Source of the DNA: a bacterium
GTDB lineage: Bacteria > Zhuqueibacterota > Zhuqueibacteria > Residuimicrobiales > Krinioviventaceae
Assembly (NCBI GenBank): GCA_963674595.2
Contig: CAXXFV010000008.1
Location: 64,001-128,000, forward strand
DNA length: 64,000 bases
Direction: 5' to 3'
A model generated the notes under the pieces. That model was not told where the DNA came from. It was given only the letters and a program-made list of their open reading frames with translations, and did not search any database. A program made the translations under genes and the position numbers. Positions 37,582-47,641 of this stretch are shown one piece after another (the stretch's first letter is position 1; every line of letters begins with the position of its first letter).

Positions 37582-38391
37582 ATGCCCTTATTTACTGATA
37601 TAAGTCTTGGTCATTATTACTCTTGTGATTCTTTTATACATAAACTTGATCCTCGGACCAAAATAATTTCTATTCTTGTTCTTATGATTGGTCTGTTGTT
37701 TTCTTTTCAGCCTGTTGTGTTAATAGGATATGGTTTATTTTTTACGTTTGTTATTTATTTGTCAAAGTTGCCCTGGAGCCTGGTTTTAAAAAATTTACGG
37801 CCATTTATATGGTTGTTTATTTTAACGTTGTTGATCCATGTTTTATGGACATCCGGTGATAAAATTATAACAATTCCATACCTGAATATTGGAATATCAC
37901 ATGAGGGATTACTGCTTGGCATTGTTTATTCGTTACGTCTGCTGCTGCTTATTATCATTGCAGCCGTTCTAACTTTAACAACGTCGCCTATTGAGCTTAC
38001 GGATGCTTTGGAAAAACTATTTTATCCGCTCAAGCGCTTTCGTATCCCAACACATGAAATTGTAATGATGCTGACACTTTCCTTACGGTTTATACCAACT
38101 TTGATGGAAGAAGCTCAGCGTATAAAAAATGCTCAAATTTCACGAGGTGTTAGTTTTGAAGGCAATATTGTGAATAGAATGAAAAATATAATTCCATTAA
38201 TTTTGCCTTTGTTTATATCTGCATTTAAACGAGCCGACGATTTGGCCCTGGCCATGGATTCCCGATGTTATACGGGCGGCAACAACAGGACGTGTTTTAA
38301 AAAACTGCAATTTGAAAAACCGGATTTTATTTCGTTCTTTATAATTATTTTGGTTTTTTGCTCTGCTCTGTTTTTTTCATCTGGAGCTTGA
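37582..38391 (+). CDS. ecfT: Energy-coupling factor transporter transmembrane component T
   Basis: Motifs IHKLDPRTK, LTTSP, LRFIPTL, AQISRG and AMDSRCY. Confidence 0.92.
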   Translation: MPLFTDISLGHYYSCDSFIHKLDPRTKIISILVLMIGLLFSFQPVVLIGYGLFFTFVIYLSKLPWSLVLKNLRPFIWLFILTLLIHVLWTSGDKIITIPYLNIGISHEGLLLGIVYSLRLLLLIIIAAVLTLTTSPIELTDALEKLFYPLKRFRIPTHEIVMMLTLSLRFIPTLMEEAQRIKNAQISRGVSFEGNIVNRMKNIIPLILPLFISAFKRADDLALAMDSRCYTGGNNRTCFKKLQFEKPDFISFFIIILVFCSALFFSSGA

Positions 38392-38403
38392 TTTTATTTG
38401 ACT

Positions 38404-39174
38404 ATGCGTAATATTAAACTTGTGTTGGAATACGATGGTACCGATTTTCATGGCTGGCAGTCACAGCCGAATGTCAGAAATGTTCAGGATGAATTAGAGC
38501 GTTCTTTGTCGACCATTTCTCAGGAGGATATTCGCGTTACTGTTGCCGGCAGGACCGATACAGGAGTTCACGCATTAGGTCAGGTTGTAAATTTTAAAAC
38601 TAAAAGTCTTTTGCCTTTGGAAACCTTTCAAAGAGGCGGAAATGCTCTTTTGCCAAGAGATGTGAGGATTTTATCTGCGGAACCTGTTGAAGAAGATTTT
38701 AGTGCCCGGTTTTCTGCCCGGTTTCGGTCTTATCGGTATGTAATTTCACAGCGTCCTTCTGCTATTGACAGAAATTTTACATGGTATTTTCCCCTGCATT
38801 TGGATATTAGTGAAATGGACAATGCCTGTTCCTGCTTGTATGGAGAAAATGATTTTAAATCCTTTTGTCAGGCCGGCTCACAGGTTAATCATTATCGTTG
38901 TTTTGTGCACCATGCTTCCTGGAGCAAAACGGATGATAAAATAATTTTTAATGTTATTGCAAATCGTTTTTTGCACAATATGGTTCGTTCACTGGTGGGA
39001 ACATTGCTTGAGGTTGGTCAAAAGAAAATCAGCAGTGATGAAATGATACACATATTAAAGGCCCAAAACCGATGTGCAGCAGGACCTACTGCTCCTCCGC
39101 AGGGGCTGTTTTTGGTCCAGGTCGGTTATAATAGTTTTTCTTTATCCGAAAATTATAACAGGAATCAATCGTAA
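38404..39174 (+). CDS. truA: tRNA pseudouridine(38-40) synthase
   Basis: Motifs YDGTDFHGWQ, AGRTDTGVHA, FLHNMVR and TAPPQGL. Confidence 0.96.
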   Translation: MRNIKLVLEYDGTDFHGWQSQPNVRNVQDELERSLSTISQEDIRVTVAGRTDTGVHALGQVVNFKTKSLLPLETFQRGGNALLPRDVRILSAEPVEEDFSARFSARFRSYRYVISQRPSAIDRNFTWYFPLHLDISEMDNACSCLYGENDFKSFCQAGSQVNHYRCFVHHASWSKTDDKIIFNVIANRFLHNMVRSLVGTLLEVGQKKISSDEMIHILKAQNRCAAGPTAPPQGLFLVQVGYNSFSLSENYNRNQS

Positions 39175-39180
39175 TTTATT

Positions 39181-40329
39181 ATGTTTAAGATAATGAAAAG
39201 ATATATAACTATAGTATATAGTTTAGTTATTTTAGCGGTTTTTGTACCGTTGGTAAATGCTAATCCTTCTTCCGATGTTTCGCAGTCTCGTCAAAATGCT
39301 CTTACAAGAGCTATTTCCAAGGTAAGTCCTGCGGTTGTGGGCATAAATGTAACACAAGTAAAAAGATATATACGTAGTAATCCTTTTGCTGATGATCCTT
39401 TTTTTAAACATTTGTTGCCGTCTATTCCAATTGAAAAACGGGTCAAAAGTCTTGGTTCCGGTTTTATCTTTTCCAAAGAAGGATATATTTTAACAAACCA
39501 TCATGTTGTTGAAGATGCCAGTGAAATTATTGTTACAAAAACCGGCGGTAAACAGTTTGTTGCTAAAATTGTAGGTGTTGATTTTACAACGGATGTGGCA
39601 GTTTTAAAAATTGAGGGAGACGATTTTCCAATACTAAAGTTTGGTGATTCGGACCAAACAATTATTGGTGAATGGGCCATTGCGCTTGGAAATCCATTCG
39701 GTTTGTTTGATTTGTCTTCAAAGCCGACTGTTACAGTGGGTGTGATAAGCGCCAAAGATCAGGATTTTGGCCGGCAAAGTAATGATCGTATATTTCAGGA
39801 TATGCTGCAAACAGACGCTGCGATCAATGCCGGTAACAGCGGTGGTCCCCTGGTAAATTGTAACGGCGAAGTTATCGGAATTAATACCTGGATAATTTCA
39901 GGCAGTGAAACACGGTCAGCAAATATCGGTTTGGGTTTTGCCATACCCATTAATCGTGTAAAAAGAGTTTTGGATGACCTGTTAAATTACGGTCGTGTTG
40001 ATAGAAGTTTTTGGACAGGAATAAATTACGATGTAGTTAGTCCTTCTATAGCCCGTTATTTGGGAATGACATTGCCGCATGGTGTTATCATTTCGGATAT
40101 TGATCGGGGAAGCCCGGCAGAAAGAGCAGGACTTGAAATTGGTGATATAATTATTTCCATAAATGGAAATGAAATAAACGTATTTGATGATGTAAAAAAA
40201 ACTATAGATAATCTGGATTTGAAAAAAGGAGATGTTTTAAACATCCGGATTTTTCGTAACAAAAGTTACAAATACTTTAAACTAAAATTGGAAGCACACC
40301 CTGATTCAAACAAGAGGCGATATAAATGA
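39181..40329 (+). CDS. HtrA/DegP-like trypsin serine protease with one PDZ domain
   Basis: Signal peptide. Motifs GSGF, TNHHV and QTDAAINAGNSGGPL. C-terminal PDZ. Confidence 0.92.
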   Translation: MFKIMKRYITIVYSLVILAVFVPLVNANPSSDVSQSRQNALTRAISKVSPAVVGINVTQVKRYIRSNPFADDPFFKHLLPSIPIEKRVKSLGSGFIFSKEGYILTNHHVVEDASEIIVTKTGGKQFVAKIVGVDFTTDVAVLKIEGDDFPILKFGDSDQTIIGEWAIALGNPFGLFDLSSKPTVTVGVISAKDQDFGRQSNDRIFQDMLQTDAAINAGNSGGPLVNCNGEVIGINTWIISGSETRSANIGLGFAIPINRVKRVLDDLLNYGRVDRSFWTGINYDVVSPSIARYLGMTLPHGVIISDIDRGSPAERAGLEIGDIIISINGNEINVFDDVKKTIDNLDLKKGDVLNIRIFRNKSYKYFKLKLEAHPDSNKRRYK

Positions 40330-41620
40330 TAAAAAGATATACCCGTCCGGAAATGGGCGACATTTGGAGTGATGAAAATAAATATCGGAAATGGCTGGAA
40401 GTTGAAGTTGCTGTTTGTAAAGTTCAGGCCGAATTTGGCAGAATTCCCGAATCCGCTATTAAAAATATCGTTGAAAAAGCTGATTTTAATGTAGAAAAAA
40501 TAGAAGAAATTGAAGCAAGTGTCAAACACGATGTTATCGCTTTTTTAACCTGTGTTGCTGAATATGTCGGACCGGATTCCCGGTTTATTCACGCCGGCAT
40601 GACTTCATCTGATTTGCTGGATACCTCGCTGGCTCTGCAAATTAAACAGGCTGCGGCTATTCTTATTAAAGATGTTAAAAATCTTTGTGATGTTTTAAAG
40701 AAAAAGCATTGCAATATAAAGATACCATTTGTATTGGCAGAAGTCATGGTATCCATGCGGAGCCGACTTCGTTTGGGTTGAAATTTGCTTTATGGTATGA
40801 TGAAATGATGCGTAATCTGCAGCGTCTTGAAAATGCAACAGAGGCTATCCGCGTTGGTATGATTTCAGGTGCTGTTGGTACCTATGCTTTTATTGATCCG
40901 AGCGTAGAACGTAACGTCTGTGATATGCTCGGTTTAAAACCGGCCAATATTTCCACCCAGGTTATTCAGCGAGATTTACATGCCGAATTTATGTCTGCTT
41001 TGGCCCTTATCGGATGCACCATGGAAAAAATAGCTGTTGAGATTCGTCATTTACAGCGTACGGAAGTTTTGGAAGCAGAAGAACCTTTTACAAAAGGTCA
41101 AAAAGGATCGTCTGCTATGCCGCATAAACGAAATCCTATCGGCAGTGAAAATATAACCGGTCTTATTCGTTTATTACGAACCAATGCCCTGGCTGCCTAT
41201 GAAAATGTAGCGCTTTGGCACGAAAGAGACATCAGTCACTCTTCTGTTGAGCGTGTCATTTTCCCGGACAGTTGTATAATTGCTGATTATCTTTTGGCCA
41301 GACTAACACGTATATTAAGCAATCTTGTTGTTTATCCCGATAATATGATTAAAAATTTAAATTTAACAAACGGATTGATTTTTTCACAACCGGTTTTGTT
41401 AAAGTTGACGGAAAAAGGCATCACACGAGAGGATGCTTACAAATATGTCCAGGAAAATGCCATGAAATGCTGGCAGTCGGGAGTTAGTTTTAAAGAAGCA
41501 TTGCTCGCTGATGAAAGAATTATGTCAAAGTTAAACGCTAAAGATGTAGATGAATGTTTTAACGAAAAAGCAGCTCTAAAAAATGTTGATTATATAATGA
41601 AAAATGTTGGTATTCTATAA
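40326..41620 (+). CDS. purB: Adenylosuccinate lyase, split by a 1-nt deletion in an A-run at 40701-40705
   Basis: Motifs KHDVIAF, TSSD, GRSHGIHAEP and GSSAMPHKRNP. One added A restores a 431 aa protein (KKKALQYKD). Confidence 0.93.
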
Positions 41621-41749
41621 AATTTAGATTACTTTATATGGTGGGAAATAATTGCTGCATTGTGTCATTGGAATAAGAATATGCTGAGGAACATTTTGTT
41701 GCAGAGTTCCTTTCGATAAACAGAGAAATTTTGAGAAAGGAGAAGTAAA

Positions 41750-42451
41750 TTGAAGAGGCAAAAAATCTATGAGGGGCGCACCAAGAGAGTGTATAATGGT
41801 GATAATGAAAATGAGCTGCTTCTCGAATTTAAAGACACAGTAGATGAATTAGCAAGTTCTGGTAAAAAGGTTAAACTAAACGGAAAGGGAGGTATTAATT
41901 CCCAAATATCTTCACTTCTTTTTCGCTTTTTGTCAAGTTACAATATTCCAAATCATTTTATTGATCAGGCTGCTGCTCGTGAAATACGCGTTAAAAAACT
42001 GGAAATGATACCTCTGGAAATCGTTGTCCGTAACATTGCTGCCGGCAGTTTGGTTAAGCGATACAAAATAGAAGAAGGTAAAGTGCTGGAATGTCCGGTT
42101 ATCGAATTCTATCTTAAAAGTGAAGAAGATACACCTTTAATTAATGAAGACCACATTGTAGCTTTTGGACATGCCTTGACGGATGAATTAAAAGAAATTC
42201 ATCGGTTAATTTCGAAAACAAATGTCATTCTCAAAGATTTTTTTAGAAGACGTTCAATAAGTCTTGTTGATTTTAATTTAGAGTTTGGTAGACGTGAAGG
42301 TGAAATTACGCTTGGTGACGAAATTAGTTTGGATACCTGTCGATTATGGGATTTACAGACAGATGTTAAGATGTCAAAGGGTCAGCCAATACAAACTCTG
42401 GAAGAACTTGAAGAAAACTATAAAATAATTAAAGATCGAATTTTAACTTAG
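41750..42451 (+). CDS. purC: SAICAR synthetase-like protein (divergent)
   Basis: Motifs IPLEIVVRNIAAGSL, LVDFNLEFG and DEISLDTCRLWD. Follows purB. Several conserved residues are substituted. Confidence 0.8.
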   Translation: MKRQKIYEGRTKRVYNGDNENELLLEFKDTVDELASSGKKVKLNGKGGINSQISSLLFRFLSSYNIPNHFIDQAAAREIRVKKLEMIPLEIVVRNIAAGSLVKRYKIEEGKVLECPVIEFYLKSEEDTPLINEDHIVAFGHALTDELKEIHRLISKTNVILKDFFRRRSISLVDFNLEFGRREGEITLGDEISLDTCRLWDLQTDVKMSKGQPIQTLEELEENYKIIKDRILT

Positions 42452-42464
42452 CAGGGTTTATAAA

Positions 42465-43124
42465 TTGAGTAAAGAAGGTATTCCAACTATAATAATAGTT
42501 CTATGTTTTGCAGCCATTCTTGTTGGTTTTGGGAACAGTTACGAGAATAGTGTCGTAATAATATTTGGCGGGTTATTTTTAGCTTTCGGTTTGTTTTCGG
42601 TATATTTTTTTCGGGACCCAAAACGAACAGCTCCAGATGATCCAAATTGTATCGTTTCACCCGCTGATGGTCGTGTTCTTGATGTCACAGAAGTAGACGA
42701 ACCGTTATTTATAAATGGAAAAGCCATGCGTGTGGCTATATTTATGTCAGTATTTGATGTTCATGTCAATTATACACCTTTTCAGGGAACAGTTGAATAT
42801 ATCAAATACAATCGTGGAAAATTTTTACCTGCAAATTTACCTGAGGCTTCAATAAAAAATGTCAGTACTTTAGTTGGACTGGAAACGCCTTATGGAAAAC
42901 TTGCGTTTAAACAGTCAACAGGTTTGATAGCTCGTAGAATCGTGTGCCGGTTAATGCCGGGACAAATGGTAAAAACTGGGGAAAAGTTTGGAATTATTAA
43001 ATTTGGCTCAAGGATGGAAGTTTATCTTGAAGACTGGGCAACAATTACTGTAAAAAAAGGAGACCGATTGCACGCCGGGGAAAGCGTCATCGCAAAAATT
43101 AATGAAAAAGAAACAATATCTTAA
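42465..43124 (+). CDS. psd: Phosphatidylserine decarboxylase proenzyme
   Basis: Motifs FFRDP, SPADG, IFMSVFDVHVN, IARRI and the FGSR cleavage site. Confidence 0.93.
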   Translation: MSKEGIPTIIIVLCFAAILVGFGNSYENSVVIIFGGLFLAFGLFSVYFFRDPKRTAPDDPNCIVSPADGRVLDVTEVDEPLFINGKAMRVAIFMSVFDVHVNYTPFQGTVEYIKYNRGKFLPANLPEASIKNVSTLVGLETPYGKLAFKQSTGLIARRIVCRLMPGQMVKTGEKFGIIKFGSRMEVYLEDWATITVKKGDRLHAGESVIAKINEKETIS

Positions 43125-43863
43125 TGTGCCTAACCTGTTTACGTCGTTAAATTTGTTTTGCGGGTTTATGGCGGTTATTTTGGCTACATCCGGAAAGTTT
43201 TCCAATGCAGCCTGGTTTATATTTATTTCTGCAATATTTGATGGGCTTGATGGGCGTATAGCACGTGCTTCCGGTTTAAGCAGTGATTTCGGCCTGCAAA
43301 TGGATTCTCTTAGTGATGTTGTAGCTGCGGGTATTGCCCCGTCAATGCTCGTTTATGAAGTGCACTTTAAAACAATGGGGCATGTTGGGATTTTATTGTC
43401 CTTTTTGCCGTTATTGTTTGCTGCATTCAGACTTGCCCGCTTTAATTTGGACACACTAAGATCAGGAAAAAGTAATGATTTTAACGGTATGCCGGCACCA
43501 ATGGCGGCGGTTACTCTTGGCAGTGTGGTCATAATTTTTAGTGCGACAAACTGGAGTTTTTTACTACGCTTATTGGTCGTTCTTGTTCCTCTTGTAAGTT
43601 TACTTATGGCAAGTACTGTACGATACGATGGAATGCCCAGATTTTCTTTAAAAGTTCCCGGCAGTAACAGAATAAAACTTTTAGCCATGTTTGTTACTAT
43701 TGTTTTAATGCCGATCTTTCCAGAGTATATATTATTTATTTTTATGATGGTATATCTTATTTCCGGGCCTGCTAATTTTGTTATCGACCTTGTAAGAAAC
43801 AGAGAAGCTGATATTGATATAATCCCGGAGACTATGGAAGAACCCTATTCTGAAAATGAATAG
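43102..43863 (+). CDS. pssA: CDP-diacylglycerol-serine O-phosphatidyltransferase
   Basis: Motifs PNLFT, DGLDGRIAR, GLQMDSLSD and RLARFN. Adjacent to psd. Confidence 0.92.
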   Translation: MKKKQYLNVPNLFTSLNLFCGFMAVILATSGKFSNAAWFIFISAIFDGLDGRIARASGLSSDFGLQMDSLSDVVAAGIAPSMLVYEVHFKTMGHVGILLSFLPLLFAAFRLARFNLDTLRSGKSNDFNGMPAPMAAVTLGSVVIIFSATNWSFLLRLLVVLVPLVSLLMASTVRYDGMPRFSLKVPGSNRIKLLAMFVTIVLMPIFPEYILFIFMMVYLISGPANFVIDLVRNREADIDIIPETMEEPYSENE

Positions 43864-43895
43864 CTAGCGGTTTATTTTTTAAGGATGCATTTTTA

Positions 43896-44162
43896 ATGAG
43901 GTTAAAAATTTCATTTGCCTGGCTTGTAACCATTATTATTATAGGTGCTGTTATAGGTTCTGTGCTGGGACAAGTATTGGGTTTGGTGCTGCCGGCAGGT
44001 GTTGTAAAACAGTTTTTTTTAAGGTCTGTCGGTTTTGGTTTTAGCCCGGTTACCCTGGACCTTGCATTAATATCCTTTACGATCGGCCTGTCTCTTAAAA
44101 TTAATGTCATCGGCGTAATCGGCATATTCCTGGCCACTTATATTTTCAGATGGTATCGATAA
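43896..44162 (+). CDS. DUF4321-like small membrane protein
   Basis: GAVIGSVLG...TLDLALISFTIGLSLKIN pattern. Confidence 0.75.
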   Translation: MRLKISFAWLVTIIIIGAVIGSVLGQVLGLVLPAGVVKQFFLRSVGFGFSPVTLDLALISFTIGLSLKINVIGVIGIFLATYIFRWYR

Positions 44163-44208
44163 ATATTCAGTATTTAAAAGTCTGTACTTTTTATTATAAA
44201 CATAGTTC

Positions 44209-44237
44209 TTGCAATTAATACAATTCTGCAATATATT
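44209..44237 (+). promoter_or_regulatory. Putative sigma70 promoter of the tatA-gatAB-efp-acc-gcv operon
   Basis: TTGCAA-N17-TATATT. Confidence 0.5.
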
Positions 44238-44295
44238 TATCGGTTAAAAATAAATTGATAATTGTCCACAATTTTTTTATGTGGAGGAGGTTTAT

Positions 44296-44457
44296 ATGTT
44301 TCCTGCAATTGGAATGCCGGAAATGTTGGTTATTATGGTTGTCATTTTACTCGTGTTTGGATCCAAACGTTTACCGGACCTTGCAAAAGGGTTGGGAAAG
44401 AGTTTACGCGAATTTAAAAAAGCAGCAGAAGATGTTAAAAAAGAAATAGATATCTGA
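44296..44457 (+). CDS. tatA: Twin-arginine translocase TatA/E subunit (53 aa, absent from the ORF track)
   Basis: GGAGGAGG Shine-Dalgarno. Translation MFPAIGMPEMLVIMVVILLVFGSKRLPDLAKGLGKSLREFKKAAEDVKKEIDI. Confidence 0.92.
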   Translation: MFPAIGMPEMLVIMVVILLVFGSKRLPDLAKGLGKSLREFKKAAEDVKKEIDI

Positions 44458-44499
44458 GATGATTTCTAATTATATGTAACTGTGTTATTGGAGGCTATC

Positions 44500-44694
44500 A
44501 TGTTAATGATGTTTACACCCAGCGGCCCAGAGCTTTTAATTGTTTTATTTATTATTGTTTTATTATTTGGTGCTAAAAAATTGCCTGAACTGGCCAAAGG
44601 GTTGGGAAAAGGAATTCGTGAATTTAAAAAAGCGACGAATGAAGACGACGATGAAGTAAATACAAAAAACACATCATCCAAATCTGAAGAGTAA
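44500..44694 (+). CDS. tatA: Twin-arginine translocase TatA/E subunit, second copy
   Basis: GGAGG Shine-Dalgarno, ATG at 44500. [35 protein letters not shown]. Confidence 0.92.
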   Translation: MLMMFTPSGPELLIVLFIIVLLFGAKKLPELAKGLGKGIREFKKATNEDDDEVNTKNTSSKSEE

Positions 44695-44731
44695 TCAGTA
44701 TCAGTTCATTTTTTATTTCACGAGGATTATA

Positions 44732-46168
44732 TTGAGTTTGACTAAAACAGACTATTTTTCGTTACAGCCGCAAATTATTAATGGTAATACAAGTTGTGAA
44801 AGTATTACACAAGAATATTTAAAGAACGTCTCTCAAAACCAGGATTTGAACGCCTTTATATCTGTTTTTAATGAAAGCGCACTTGAACGCGCCAGGGAAA
44901 TAGACCAGAAAATTGCTGCCGGCAAAGCCGGGCGTCTTGCCGGACTTGTTTTAGCGGTTAAAGATTTATTGAATGTTGAAGGTGAAAAAACAACCTGCGG
45001 TTCTAAAATATTATCGTCTTTTATCTCACCATATTCAGCCACTGCTATTGAAAAATTAAAAGCCGAGGATGTTATATTTATCGGCAAAACGAATATGGAT
45101 GAATTTGCAATGGGCTCTTCTAATGAAAATTCCGGCTTTGGGCCTGTAAAAAATCCATGCGATACAAGCCGGGTCCCCGGCGGATCTTCCGGCGGATCGG
45201 CTGCTGCTGTTGCCGGAAATTTGTGCATGGCATCGCTTGGAACGGATACCGGCGGTTCAATTCGACAGCCGGCTTCATTTTGTGGTGTTATAGGTCTTAA
45301 ACCGACCTACGGACGTATTTCACGTTACGGTTTGGTTGCTTATGCTTCTTCTCTCGATCAGATCGGACCGATAACAAAATCTTTAAAAGATTCGGCCTTG
45401 TTGTTACAGACTATGGCAGGACATGATCCTCATGATAGCACGTCAGCACCGGTACCGGTTGATAACTATGCTGAATTTTTAGGAAGAGATGTTGCCGGAT
45501 TAAAAATCGGGTTACCAAAAGAATACTATGCACAAGGGCTTGCCCCCAGTGTCAATTCTGCAATTCAGACCCAATTAGACGTATTGAAAAAAGCTGGTGC
45601 AGAAATTATTAATATTTCTCTTCCTCATACGGAATATGCAATCGCTGCTTATTATATTATTGCTACAGCAGAAGCTTCTTCAAACCTGGCCCGATATGAC
45701 GGGGCACGCTATGGCGTAAGAAGTGAAAATTCTGCCGGCCTGGAAGAAATGTATGTTAACAGCCGAAGTGAGGGATTTGGAGCGGAAGTTAAAAGACGAA
45801 TTATGCTTGGAACCTATGTGCTGTCTTCAGGTTATTATGATGCTTATTACAAAAAAGCACAACAAGCCCGAACTTTGATAAAAAATGACTTTCAAAATGC
45901 TTTGAATACTGTTGATTGTATAATTACACCAACAGCACCAACCACAGCATTTTCTATCGGCGAAAAAAGTGACGATCCTTTAACGATGTATCTTTCGGAT
46001 ATTTATACGGTTTCTTTAAACCTTGCCGGTTTGCCGGGAATATCGATCCCTGTAGGTAAGGATGCTGATAATTTACCCATTGGTATGCAGTTAATTGGAA
46101 ATCACTTTGCGGAAGGGACGTTATATCAAATTGCAGATGTTGTCCTGAATAATAGTAAGGAATTATAA
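44732..46168 (+). CDS. gatA: Asp-tRNA(Asn)/Glu-tRNA(Gln) amidotransferase subunit A
   Basis: Motifs [32 protein letters not shown] and EVKRRIMLG. Confidence 0.96.
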   Translation: MSLTKTDYFSLQPQIINGNTSCESITQEYLKNVSQNQDLNAFISVFNESALERAREIDQKIAAGKAGRLAGLVLAVKDLLNVEGEKTTCGSKILSSFISPYSATAIEKLKAEDVIFIGKTNMDEFAMGSSNENSGFGPVKNPCDTSRVPGGSSGGSAAAVAGNLCMASLGTDTGGSIRQPASFCGVIGLKPTYGRISRYGLVAYASSLDQIGPITKSLKDSALLLQTMAGHDPHDSTSAPVPVDNYAEFLGRDVAGLKIGLPKEYYAQGLAPSVNSAIQTQLDVLKKAGAEIINISLPHTEYAIAAYYIIATAEASSNLARYDGARYGVRSENSAGLEEMYVNSRSEGFGAEVKRRIMLGTYVLSSGYYDAYYKKAQQARTLIKNDFQNALNTVDCIITPTAPTTAFSIGEKSDDPLTMYLSDIYTVSLNLAGLPGISIPVGKDADNLPIGMQLIGNHFAEGTLYQIADVVLNNSKEL

Positions 46169-46174
46169 TTTAAA

Positions 46175-47623
46175 ATGAGTGAAAAATACGAACCGGTTAT
46201 AGGTCTTGAAGTACATATTCAGCTTTTAACAAAATCCAAAATTTTTTGTAATTGCAGTGCAGCCTTTGGTGCGGATCAAAACAGTCAGGTTTGCCCTGTG
46301 TGTTTGGGTTTACCAGGCGTTTTGCCTGTTTTAAATGAAAAGGTTGTAGAGTTTGCTACGCGATTGGCGTTGGCAACCAACAGTCGTATAAACAAACGTT
46401 CCATCTTTGCACGGAAAAATTATTTTTATCCGGATTTGCCCAAAGGCTACCAGATTTCGCAATTTGAAGAACCCTTTTGTGAACATGGCTTTGTAAAAAT
46501 AAACGTGGGTGATGAAACACGTAAAATTGGGCTTACACGAATCCATCTTGAAGAAGATGCCGGCAAGTCCATGCATTCGGAATCTTATGTTGCCAAAAAT
46601 GAAACATTGGTTGATATTAATCGTTGTGGTGTTCCTTTGCTGGAAATTGTAAGTGAACCTGAAATAAAAACTCCGGCAGAAGCTTATGCTTATTTGAACA
46701 GTTTACGGCAAATTGTCAGATACTTGGGAATTTGTGACGGCAATATGGAAGAAGGAAGTTTACGTTGTGACGCCAATATTTCCGTACGCCCGGTTGGTGC
46801 AACAACGCTGGGTACCAAAACTGAATTGAAAAACATGAATTCGTTTAGTGCTGTTGAAAAAGCACTCGAATATGAAATAAATCGACAGACGCAAATTGTT
46901 GAAAATGGCGGGAAAATTTTACAGGAAACATTGTTATGGGATGCAGATAACAATGTGGCTGAATCGATGCGAAGTAAAGAGTTTTCTCATGATTATCGCT
47001 ATTTCCCCGATCCTGATCTCGTGCCTGTAGTCATTAAGCAGGAATATATTGAGAACATACAAGCCCAAATGCCGGAGCTTCCGGCTGCAAAAAAACAACG
47101 TTATGTTGAGGAAATGAACATACCGGATTATGATGCCGGTGTTTTGACTGATGATCCCGAATTGGCCCAATATTTTGAAAATGTTGCTCAGCATGTTAAT
47201 GATAAAAAGTCTGCCAGCAACTGGGTGATGGGTGAGGTGTTACGCACCCTGAAAGAAGAGCAGTGCACAATAAGTGAAATGAATGTTACTCCCGAATATC
47301 TGGCGGAAATATTAACATCTGTGGATGAAGGTGTTATTACACGGAAAATGGGGCAAAAGGTTTTTAACCTTGTTCAGGAAACCGGTAAAACACCAAAAGT
47401 AATTATTAAAGAACAGGGGTTGGAACAAATTTCAGATACGTCTGAAATAGAATCAATTATTGAAAATATTCTCAATCAAAATGTTAAAGATGTTCAGGCT
47501 TATCAGGCCGGTAATAACAAAGTGTTTGGATTTTTTATGGGACAAGTTATGCGGGCTACCGGCGGCAAGGCTAATCCCAAAACAATTACAGAAATTTTAA
47601 AGAAAAAATTGGAATCAAAGTAA
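46175..47623 (+). CDS. gatB: Asp-tRNA(Asn)/Glu-tRNA(Gln) amidotransferase subunit B
   Basis: Motifs IGLEVH, RKNYFYPDLPKGYQISQ, HLEEDAGK and DYRYFPDPDL. Confidence 0.97.
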   Translation: MSEKYEPVIGLEVHIQLLTKSKIFCNCSAAFGADQNSQVCPVCLGLPGVLPVLNEKVVEFATRLALATNSRINKRSIFARKNYFYPDLPKGYQISQFEEPFCEHGFVKINVGDETRKIGLTRIHLEEDAGKSMHSESYVAKNETLVDINRCGVPLLEIVSEPEIKTPAEAYAYLNSLRQIVRYLGICDGNMEEGSLRCDANISVRPVGATTLGTKTELKNMNSFSAVEKALEYEINRQTQIVENGGKILQETLLWDADNNVAESMRSKEFSHDYRYFPDPDLVPVVIKQEYIENIQAQMPELPAAKKQRYVEEMNIPDYDAGVLTDDPELAQYFENVAQHVNDKKSASNWVMGEVLRTLKEEQCTISEMNVTPEYLAEILTSVDEGVITRKMGQKVFNLVQETGKTPKVIIKEQGLEQISDTSEIESIIENILNQNVKDVQAYQAGNNKVFGFFMGQVMRATGGKANPKTITEILKKKLESK

Positions 47624-47641
47624 AAAATAGAGGAAAAATAT

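Noticed and set aside
40695-40712. Programmed frameshift or true pseudogene in purB
   Set aside because: One missing A in a homopolymer restores a standard 431 aa PurB. The gene is near-essential and similar indels occur elsewhere, so an assembly error is the simplest explanation.
41621-41749. Purine or ZTP riboswitch upstream of purC
   Set aside because: Only a short AGGAAC/GTTCCT hairpin is present. The conserved aptamer cores (for example TTTCTACC) are not there.
44255-44449. 64 aa ORF from the ORF track
   Set aside because: It is a shadow of the real tatA at 44296..44457 in another frame, which has a strong Shine-Dalgarno and clear family motifs.
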